This document shows positions 56,401-64,000 of a DNA stretch of 64,000 nucleotides, piece after piece. The position numbers were made by a program, and so were the translations under genes. The stretch covers positions 18,104 through 82,103 of IMG/VR virus record IMGVR_UViG_3300043409_001427; one strand, 5' to 3'. The first letter of the stretch is position 1, and every line of letters begins with the position of its first letter. Below the pieces are notes generated by a model. It saw only the letters and a list, made by a program, of their open reading frames with translations. It had not been told where the DNA came from and searched no databases. The DNA comes from a virus.

Positions 56401-59400
56401 ATGGCACTAACATCGATCACTAAAGACTTCGTAGTCAGATCCGGTCTTACTTCCGAGGGAACTAATTGGGTAACCTCAAGCACAGGCATGACAGCCACCC
56501 TACAAGTTAACGGTGGCGCTGCGATTGCAAAGAATTTGGTTGTTGGAACAACAGCAACTATTTGGGGCCCGGCAACCCTACAAAATAATTTAACCGTCAA
56601 TGGTTCAACTGTTTTAGGAAATCTAACAGCAACGTTAACTACAGTTACTTCATTACAAGTAACTGGTCCAAGTTTATTCCAAGGACAAACACTATTTACA
56701 GGCGCTGTAAACACATTTAGTGGTTCACTATTTGTTACAGGCACAAACATTTTCACAGTTGGTACAGGAACATCTAACTTTGGCGGTACTGTTGGTATTG
56801 CTGGTGTAACAAGTATCACAAATAACACAACCGCAAACAGCGGCGGCGCAACAGGCGCATTAGTTGTTACCGGTGGTACCTATATTGGTGATAACCTAAT
56901 TGTTAAGAGTACAGCGTGGAACACCGCAACAAATACAGATAACGCAATTTATACTACTGGTGGTATCTACGCAGACAAAGGATTAACAGTTAACGGGACA
57001 ACCTTGTTCAAGGATACTGTTACTTTTGCGGGTACTGCAACTTATGTATATTCTACCAATACAGTTTATACAGATAATATTCTTGAACTACACACGCCAC
57101 CGACAGGAGTTGACACTCCGTGGTTTATAGATGATGGAAAAGACATTGGTCTTCGATTCCACTATTATACAAATTCAACTGATACAAATGCGGCCCTAGT
57201 ACTTGCAAATGATACTAAGGTACTCGAATGGTATAGTGCTGGTGCTGAATCAAATACAGGAACATTCCATAACGCAACTTACGGCACATTCAAAACTGGT
57301 TCTATTTTATTAGATAATTCAACCGGAGCAAACTCAACAACTACCGGAGCTCTACAGGTAAAAGGCGGCGCTGGGGTAGGCGGCAGTATGTATGTTGGTG
57401 GAGTTGTAACTGCTACTACATTTTACGGTGCATTAACTGGTATTGCGACTACAGCAACTAACCTAGCAGGCGGTGCAAGCGGCAGTCTTCCATATCAAAC
57501 GGGTGTTGGTGCAACCGCAATGCTATCGATTGGCGCCAACGGCCAAGTCCTTATGATCACTGGCGGAAATCCGTCATGGACAAATATTTCAGGATTAACC
57601 GCAGGATTCGCAACTACAGCAACTAACATTCTCGGCGGATTAAAAGATCAAGTTCCATACCAAACTGCTCCTGGACAAACGGCATTTAATGTAGGCATGA
57701 CCTTTAATGGTACTATTTTTACCGCTACAAACATCACGGTTAGTGGAACAAGTAATAGTACAGGATACAATAATAATACTGGTGCGTTAATTGTAAGGGG
57801 CGGAGCCGCAATTAACAACGACCTATGGGTAGGCGGAGACATTAACCTACAAGGTAGTTTATATTTAAAAGGTGTTGGCCTTGATGAAATTACAGGTAGC
57901 ACAGGTACATTTGACTTCTTGATTGTTGAAGGAACAGGTACAAGTCTAATAGTTACCGATGGTTCTACGTTTGCTGGTATTACTACAGTTACAAACGCAA
58001 CTCCTTCATTGGGAGCAGGTGGGGCAGGTGCATTCCAAGTTAAGGGCGGCGTGGGTGTTACTAAAGATATCTATGTAGGTACGACTGCTACCGTTGCTGG
58101 TATATTAAATGCAACTAACACAACTCCGTCATTAGGTGTTGCTGCCGCAGGCGCAATACAAGTAAGTGGTGGCGTTGGAATTGCTAAAGATTTATATGTA
58201 GCCACTACTTCTACTTTAGCCGGTTCATTGAGTGTAGGTACTTCATTAACTGTTGCCGGTTACACAAGTTTAACTGGCGGTGCAACAATAAGCGCCGCTA
58301 CAGTTACTAACACATTACTAGTAAATGACATAACACCTTCGTTAGGTTTGGCAACTGCCGGTTCGATACAAACTGCTGGCGGTGTTGGCATTGCTAAAGA
58401 CATCTATGTTGGTACTACTGCCACAATTATTGGTTCGGCAAGCGTTGGCGACGCATTTACTGTTACTGGATTTACTTCATTAAACGGTGGCGCACTTGCC
58501 ACAGCAATGACTATAACAAATAGTACTTCAGTTAGCTCAACAGGAACCGGTGCTTTAATTGTTCCACTAGGTGGAGTCGGAATTGGCGGCGGCCTAGTAG
58601 TTGGCGGTGTAACAAGTTCAACAAACATGACTCCTTCGTTGGGAGTCGCTGGCGCAGGATCAATACAAACTGCTGGCGGTGTTGGAATTGCCAAAGACAT
58701 TTATGTTGGTACAACTGCCACAGTAGCCGGTGTGCTATACGAAACAAACGCAACCCCTGCGTTAGGTGTTGCTGCCGCAGGCGCAATACAAGTAAGTGGT
58801 GGCGTTGGAATTGCCAAAGATATCTATATTGGTTCAACTGCTACAATTGCCGGCATAACATATCACAACAATACAACTCCGACACTAGGCTCTGCATCAC
58901 AGGGTGCAGTACAAACAACTGGCGGTGTAGGTATTGCTAAAGATTTATATGTAGGTACAACTGCTACCGTTGTTGGTATACTTACTGTAAACAACAATAC
59001 TTCAGTTAGCTCAACTACAACCGGTGCATTAATTTTATCGGGTCCAACTTCTGGATTAGCTGTAGGGGGTGGCGGGTTCTTTGGCGGCACGGTAACTGCT
59101 ACTAACCTTGTTATTAGTGGAACAGCAACATTACCAACTAATGTTATTTTAAGTAACTTAACAGTAACAAACCTAACAGTTACTAGCACAACCCCAACAC
59201 TTGGATCTCCGTCCTTTGGCGCAATAGTTGTATCAGGTGGTGTTGGAATTGCCAAAGACATCTATGTTGGTACCACTGCTACATTTAATAGTACAATTGC
59301 TGTAACGGGCATTGCAAGTTTTAATAATGTCACAGACAGTAACGCTACAAATAACGGAAGTGTTATTTTAGCAGGCGGCGTTGGAATTGCTAAAAATCTA

Positions 59401-59793
59401 GTTGTTGGCTCAGCAGTCACTATTGGTAGCGTAACTACGCAAACCGTAGTTACAGCAGTTTACAGTAACAACTTTTTAGATGCTAGCTATACCAGCGGTT
59501 ATATATCTTCCCCGACAGAAATAACTTTAGATACTTACAGTTCAACTACTTATAGAACTGCAAAATATCTAATACAGATCGTAGATGCCGCGCTGGTGCA
59601 TGTTGAAGAAATTATGCTATTCCACGATAGTACTAATGTTTACATGACAGAATACGGTGTAATGTCTAACACTGGAGAATTGGGAGATTTTGACGCAACA
59701 CTTGCGGCCAATACAATCACTCTTAAATTTACTCCAAATTACACTCCTACTTCGATGACAGTTAAAGTGGTTAGAACAACAATAACTCTGTAA
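56401..59793 (+). CDS. Long fibre protein with many GA.QV.GGVGIAKD.YVG repeats
   Basis: More than ten GGVGI-type repeats; the C-terminal YRTAKYLIQI..TEYG....GELG.F.A domain is shared with the upstream ORF. Confidence 0.8.
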   Translation: MALTSITKDFVVRSGLTSEGTNWVTSSTGMTATLQVNGGAAIAKNLVVGTTATIWGPATLQNNLTVNGSTVLGNLTATLTTVTSLQVTGPSLFQGQTLFTGAVNTFSGSLFVTGTNIFTVGTGTSNFGGTVGIAGVTSITNNTTANSGGATGALVVTGGTYIGDNLIVKSTAWNTATNTDNAIYTTGGIYADKGLTVNGTTLFKDTVTFAGTATYVYSTNTVYTDNILELHTPPTGVDTPWFIDDGKDIGLRFHYYTNSTDTNAALVLANDTKVLEWYSAGAESNTGTFHNATYGTFKTGSILLDNSTGANSTTTGALQVKGGAGVGGSMYVGGVVTATTFYGALTGIATTATNLAGGASGSLPYQTGVGATAMLSIGANGQVLMITGGNPSWTNISGLTAGFATTATNILGGLKDQVPYQTAPGQTAFNVGMTFNGTIFTATNITVSGTSNSTGYNNNTGALIVRGGAAINNDLWVGGDINLQGSLYLKGVGLDEITGSTGTFDFLIVEGTGTSLIVTDGSTFAGITTVTNATPSLGAGGAGAFQVKGGVGVTKDIYVGTTATVAGILNATNTTPSLGVAAAGAIQVSGGVGIAKDLYVATTSTLAGSLSVGTSLTVAGYTSLTGGATISAATVTNTLLVNDITPSLGLATAGSIQTAGGVGIAKDIYVGTTATIIGSASVGDAFTVTGFTSLNGGALATAMTITNSTSVSSTGTGALIVPLGGVGIGGGLVVGGVTSSTNMTPSLGVAGAGSIQTAGGVGIAKDIYVGTTATVAGVLYETNATPALGVAAAGAIQVSGGVGIAKDIYIGSTATIAGITYHNNTTPTLGSASQGAVQTTGGVGIAKDLYVGTTATVVGILTVNNNTSVSSTTTGALILSGPTSGLAVGGGGFFGGTVTATNLVISGTATLPTNVILSNLTVTNLTVTSTTPTLGSPSFGAIVVSGGVGIAKDIYVGTTATFNSTIAVTGIASFNNVTDSNATNNGSVILAGGVGIAKNLVVGSAVTIGSVTTQTVVTAVYSNNFLDASYTSGYISSPTEITLDTYSSTTYRTAKYLIQIVDAALVHVEEIMLFHDSTNVYMTEYGVMSNTGELGDFDATLAANTITLKFTPNYTPTSMTVKVVRTTITL

Positions 59794-59811
59794 TCGCAGT
59801 CATCCAAAAAT

Positions 59812-59842
59812 AACAGGATCTTCGGATCCTGTTGCCTTTTTT
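59812..59842 (+). terminator. Intrinsic terminator
   Basis: AACAGGATC-TTCG-GATCCTGTT (cUUCGg loop) followed by GCCTTTTTT. Confidence 0.8.
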
Positions 59843-59915
59843 CCCAAAAGTATTTTATTAGATAAATAAATCTGAAACCAGCCAATTGGTGGAATAAGGG
59901 AAACTAAAAGGCATT

Positions 59916-60302
59916 ATGTCATATTATACCGATTTTAAGGTAAAGAATGGCCTTGTGGTCAATACCACAGCTACTTTTTTATCAACGATAACCTCAACAT
60001 CAACAACCACGGGTGCAGTACAGATCTCCGGCGGCGTAGGCATTGCTAAAGATGCCTGGGTTGGCGGCGCCATCAATATTGCCAGCACAACCAGTGCTAC
60101 AAATACCGTATCTGGTGCATTACAAGTAGTAGGTGGTGTTGGTATTCAAGGTGACTTGTATGCCCGCAATATCTACATGAACGGAGTCCTAGTTGGCACA
60201 GGTGGCGGCGGTGATGGTAGTTTTCCATATATTGATTTGGGCTATGTCTACGATACCGGCCTAAATGTTGCAGCGACAGTTGATGCAGGCACATTACCTT
60301 AA
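59916..60302 (+). CDS. Short fibre-like protein
   Basis: DFKVKNGL N-terminus (cf. DFVVRSGL in 56401) and two GGVGI repeats; TAAATA at 59863. Confidence 0.7.
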   Translation: MSYYTDFKVKNGLVVNTTATFLSTITSTSTTTGAVQISGGVGIAKDAWVGGAINIASTTSATNTVSGALQVVGGVGIQGDLYARNIYMNGVLVGTGGGGDGSFPYIDLGYVYDTGLNVAATVDAGTLP

Positions 60303-60322
60303 TAGAAAGAGAGAATAAAAAT

Positions 60323-63300
60323 ATGTCAGTTCAGTTTCAGTTTAGGAGAGGGAACACTACTCAAAACAACAGTTTTACTGGTGCAATAGCAGAGATATCT
60401 ATTGACACTAGTACTAACACAATTAGGGTACATGATGCTATAACAGCGGGCGGCACAAAAATTATGCCAACGCTAAGTTTAACTAATACTCAACGGCTTG
60501 CATTTACTCCGCAAGCTGGACAACTTATCTTTGTAACTAACTATGTTAGTGAAGGAGTAAGCCCAACTTGGATGGGAGACGGTAGTAGCATAGGAGGTAT
60601 AATTGCCGCTGGAAGTGTCGTTGCATCTGCATCAACTGCTACAAATTTAACAGGTGGCACTAACGGTCAAATACCTTTTCAGACTGAACCCGGCGTAACA
60701 AGTTTCTTTGGTCCGGGATCTGCGGGTACTGTCTTAGTAAGTTACGGCTCATCAGCCTCACCTGTGTTTCAAAATACATTAACATTGGCAGGAACAACTT
60801 TGGCCTCTAGTACTACTACCGGCGCATTGGTTGTTGGCGGCGGAGTGGGCGTTGGCGGTAATTTATATGTAGGCGGCGAAATTGTTGCGAACAAGTTAAC
60901 TATTCAATTAACAACAGTTACCACTACATTAGTACAAACAGATGACATAATTCAAACCTTAAATGTTACACAATCAAGTTCAACTACCACCGGCGCCCTA
61001 CAAGTTGCAGGCGGTGCCGGAATTGGTCTAGATATTACTGTTGGGGGAAGTATCAGAGTAGCCAGTGTTATTACAGCAACAACATTTATCGGCAACCTAA
61101 CAGGTAATGTTACAGGTAATGGAACAGGCAACTTACATTACCAAAGCGCAAACAATACAACAAGTTTCTTAAGTACTGGTACAACTGGCCAAATACTAGT
61201 TGCCGCAGGTGGATCCCCAGTATGGACAACAACATCTAGCATTCAAGTAGGATATGCCGCAAATATTTTAGGTCTTGGCACAGGCGGCATCTTATATGAA
61301 AGTGCAAATAACACTACAAGTATTTTAAGTACTGCCACAACTGGCAATTTCCTACAAGCAAACTACAACGGTGCTCCTACTTGGACAACAACTGCCAGTA
61401 TGTATGTTGCTCGTGCGGTCATGGCTGATATTTCAGCAGGTGGCGCAAATACTGCAACTAATATCTATGGTGGTGATTCATGGCAAATTCCATATCAGTC
61501 AGCACCAAGTACGACATTATTTGCCAACTCGGGTACAACTGGTCAGTTTTGGCAAGCGGCAACCAATGGAGCTCCTACTTGGACAACGACTGCGAGCATC
61601 TATGTTAACAGTGCGGTAAGTGCTGAAAAATTATATGCAGGAACTGCTGGACAAATTGTTTATCAATCAGCACCTAGTACAACATCATTTGTCAGTACAG
61701 CAACTACTGGTAACTTCTTACAAGCAAACTATGTAGGTGCTCCTACCTGGACCACAACTGCCAGTATGTATGTCAACGATGCAGTTAAATCAACTAACCT
61801 ACGAGCAGGTACTGCCGGTCAACTACATTATCAATCAGCTGTAGATACAAGTGGATTTATTTCAACTGCTACTACAGGTAACTTCTTACAGGCAAACTAT
61901 GTAGGTGCTCCTACATGGACAACAACTGCCAGTATCTATGTCAATAGCTCAGTAGCTTCTGAAAAATTATATGCAGGTACTGCTGGACAAATTGTTTATC
62001 AATCAGCGGTAAGTACCACTGCGTTTATAAGTACTGCTACAACTGGCAATTTCTTACAAGCAAATTATGTAGGTGCTCCTACATGGACAACAACTGCAAA
62101 TATCTATGTGGCCAATGCGGCTATCGCAACCAATGTTCGTGCAGGTACTGCTGGACAAATTGTTTATCAATCAGCTGTAGATACAAGTGGATTTATTTCA
62201 ACTGCGACTACCGGTAACTTCTTACAAGCTAACTTTGTAGGTGCTCCTACATGGACAACAACTGCCAGTATGTATGTTGCTCGCGCCGTCGTTGCTGATA
62301 CCGCAAGTGGTGGATCTGCTCAAGTTAATACTGTGGCGCAGACAAACGGTGCAAGTTACTATCCAACATTTGTTGATAGTAATAATGCTAGTGCGGCAGC
62401 AGAAAGTGTTTACACTACAAGTAGTTTTAGTATTAATCCGGCTACTGGTAACATTTCAGTTGCGGGAACAGCGGGGTCAAACAACGCCACTTCTGGTGCT
62501 TTACAAATAGTTGGAGGAGTCGGAGTAGGCGGAAGTATGTATGTTGGTGGTGTTGTGACAGCAACTACATTCTTTGGTAACTTAACCGGGACAGCAACTG
62601 GAGCAAACACCGCTACAAACTTATTTGGTGGTAATGCATGGCAAATTCCATACCAATCAGCACCAAGTACGACATTATTTGCTAACTCGGGTACAACTGG
62701 CCAGTTCTGGCAGGCAGCAACTAATGGAGCTCCTACTTGGACTTCAACAAGTAGCATCTATGTTAACAGTGCGGTAAGTGCTGAAAAATTATATGCAGGA
62801 ACTGCTGGACAAATTGTTTATCAATCAGCCGCAAGTACCACTGCGTTCTTAGGTACAGCAACTACTGGTAACTTCTTACAAGCCAATTATGTAGGTGCTC
62901 CTACTTGGACAACCACTGCAAATATCTATGTGGCTGACTCTGTTATTGCAACCAATGTTCGTGCAGGTACTGCTGGACAAATTGTTTATCAATCAGCCGC
63001 AAGTACCACTGCGTTCTTAGGTACAGCAACTACTGGTAATTTCTTACAGGCAAACTATGTAGGTGCTCCTACTTGGACCACAACTGCCAGTATGTATGTT
63101 AACCGAGCTGTCGTTGCTGATAGTGCAAGTGGTGGTGCAAACACCGCTACAAACTTATCAGGTGGTAATGCATGGCAAATTCCATATCAGTCAGCGCCAA
63201 GTACGACATTATTTGCCAGCTCGGGTACAACTGGCCAGTTCTGGCAAGCAACAACCAATGGAGCACCTGCGTGGACAACCACAGCTAACATTTATGTGGC

Positions 63301-64000
63301 CAATGCGGCTATCGCAACCAATGTTCGTGCAGGAACTGCTGGACAAATTGTTTATCAATCAGCTGTAGATACAAGTGGCTTTGTTGGCCCAGGTACAGCA
63401 GGACAACTTTTAGTAAGTGCTGGCGCAAGTGCTCCTGTGTATACAAACACAGCAAGTATATATGTTGCTAACGCTGTTACAGCCAATAACCTAGCCGCTG
63501 GCACCACAGGACAAATTCCTTATCAAACAGCGGCTGGCGCAACCAGTTTCTTTGGGGCAGGTACATTTGGTCAATTCTTAATGAGTACAGGTGCCAATGC
63601 GCCGGTATACCAAAGTACGCTAACACAGGCCGACGGCAACATTATTATTACCAGCAATACTGCGGCCACTTCAACAATCACAGGTGCGCTACAAGTTGTC
63701 AATGGCGGTGTTGGTATTGGCGGTAACTTATATGTTGGTGGTGAGATTGTTGCACAGAAATTAACAATCCAATTAACAACGGTTACAACTACACAAGTTA
63801 CAACTGATGACATTATCAGTACATACAATTATACAAATGCCACATCAACTACTACAGGTGCATTACAGGTAGCAGGCGGTGCAGGTATTGGTAGAGATTT
63901 ATGGGTTGGTGGTAACATAACTGTTCTAGGAACGATCAATGCTAGCGTTACTGGTGTAAGTACAACGGCCACAAACATCGCTAACGGAACTGCTGGACAA
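60323..64000 (+). CDS. Long repeat fibre with an Mtd_N-like (major tropism determinant N-terminal) domain; 3'-truncated, at least 1226 aa, absent from the ORF track
   Basis: The ATG at 60323 gives MSVQFQFRRGNTTQNNSFTGAIAEISIDTSTNTIRVHD..TAGG. All repeat units checked and the final codons (GTAGQ) are in this frame. Confidence 0.88.
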   Translation, partial: MSVQFQFRRGNTTQNNSFTGAIAEISIDTSTNTIRVHDAITAGGTKIMPTLSLTNTQRLAFTPQAGQLIFVTNYVSEGVSPTWMGDGSSIGGIIAAGSVVASASTATNLTGGTNGQIPFQTEPGVTSFFGPGSAGTVLVSYGSSASPVFQNTLTLAGTTLASSTTTGALVVGGGVGVGGNLYVGGEIVANKLTIQLTTVTTTLVQTDDIIQTLNVTQSSSTTTGALQVAGGAGIGLDITVGGSIRVASVITATTFIGNLTGNVTGNGTGNLHYQSANNTTSFLSTGTTGQILVAAGGSPVWTTTSSIQVGYAANILGLGTGGILYESANNTTSILSTATTGNFLQANYNGAPTWTTTASMYVARAVMADISAGGANTATNIYGGDSWQIPYQSAPSTTLFANSGTTGQFWQAATNGAPTWTTTASIYVNSAVSAEKLYAGTAGQIVYQSAPSTTSFVSTATTGNFLQANYVGAPTWTTTASMYVNDAVKSTNLRAGTAGQLHYQSAVDTSGFISTATTGNFLQANYVGAPTWTTTASIYVNSSVASEKLYAGTAGQIVYQSAVSTTAFISTATTGNFLQANYVGAPTWTTTANIYVANAAIATNVRAGTAGQIVYQSAVDTSGFISTATTGNFLQANFVGAPTWTTTASMYVARAVVADTASGGSAQVNTVAQTNGASYYPTFVDSNNASAAAESVYTTSSFSINPATGNISVAGTAGSNNATSGALQIVGGVGVGGSMYVGGVVTATTFFGNLTGTATGANTATNLFGGNAWQIPYQSAPSTTLFANSGTTGQFWQAATNGAPTWTSTSSIYVNSAVSAEKLYAGTAGQIVYQSAASTTAFLGTATTGNFLQANYVGAPTWTTTANIYVADSVIATNVRAGTAGQIVYQSAASTTAFLGTATTGNFLQANYVGAPTWTTTASMYVNRAVVADSASGGANTATNLSGGNAWQIPYQSAPSTTLFASSGTTGQFWQATTNGAPAWTTTANIYVANAAIATNVRAGTAGQIVYQSAVDTSGFVGPGTAGQLLVSAGASAPVYTNTASIYVANAVTANNLAAGTTGQIPYQTAAGATSFFGAGTFGQFLMSTGANAPVYQSTLTQADGNIIITSNTAATSTITGALQVVNGGVGIGGNLYVGGEIVAQKLTIQLTTVTTTQVTTDDIISTYNYTNATSTTTGALQVAGGAGIGRDLWVGGNITVLGTINASVTGVSTTATNIANGTAGQ
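61370..63280 (+). repeat. Array of 168/198-bp coding repeats (GAPTWT units)
   Basis: GAP(T/A)W codons start at 61370, 61568, 61736, 61904, 62072, 62240, 62726, 62894, 63062 and 63260. Confidence 0.92.

Noticed and set aside
60323-64000. Diversity-generating retroelement suggested by Mtd_N and near-identical repeats
   Set aside because: There is no reverse transcriptase in the window, and the repeat differences are mostly synonymous third-position changes rather than adenine-specific.
1-64000. Stop-codon recoding, tRNA genes, inteins, transposases, defence systems
   Set aside because: Genes are full length and densely packed in code 11. I saw no tRNA, intein or transposase signatures by eye; a tRNAscan/HMM search would be needed to exclude them formally.

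Overview
This 64-kb window is a fragment of a large, AT-rich, T4-like (myovirus-type) phage genome, most likely a jumbo phage, read in the standard code. From left to right it holds: a coupled hypothetical-DHFR-thymidylate synthase block (+); a ~26-kb baseplate operon (-) with two fibre-like paralogues, a 4040-aa wedge-like protein, gp6, gp25, gp5 with a C-terminal GH19 muramidase, a hub protein, gp53 and gp48/54-like genes; and late sigma gp55, gp47/gp46, an Hc1-like protein and a short GIY-YIG nuclease (+). These are followed by a ~450-nt densely structured non-coding region, two low-complexity putative internal head proteins, a gp26-like/small-ORF pair with a -1 slippery site, a tape-measure-like gene and the head module (gp20, core, gp21, gp22, gp23). 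The window ends in a run of fibre/adhesin genes whose last member, an Mtd_N-type repeat protein, runs off the window and is missing from the ORF track. The best leads are: (1) a 2139-aa putative virion protein with seven phycobiliprotein-like CxRD repeats, six of them tandem at 139-171 aa spacing inside a beta-helix; (2) a candidate large ncRNA directly behind the GIY-YIG gene; (3) a lambda G/GT-style frameshift next to the tape-measure gene; (4) TAAATA late promoters that imply leaderless mRNAs, plus a face-to-face palindromic promoter pair. All family calls are by motif recognition from memory; no searches were run.
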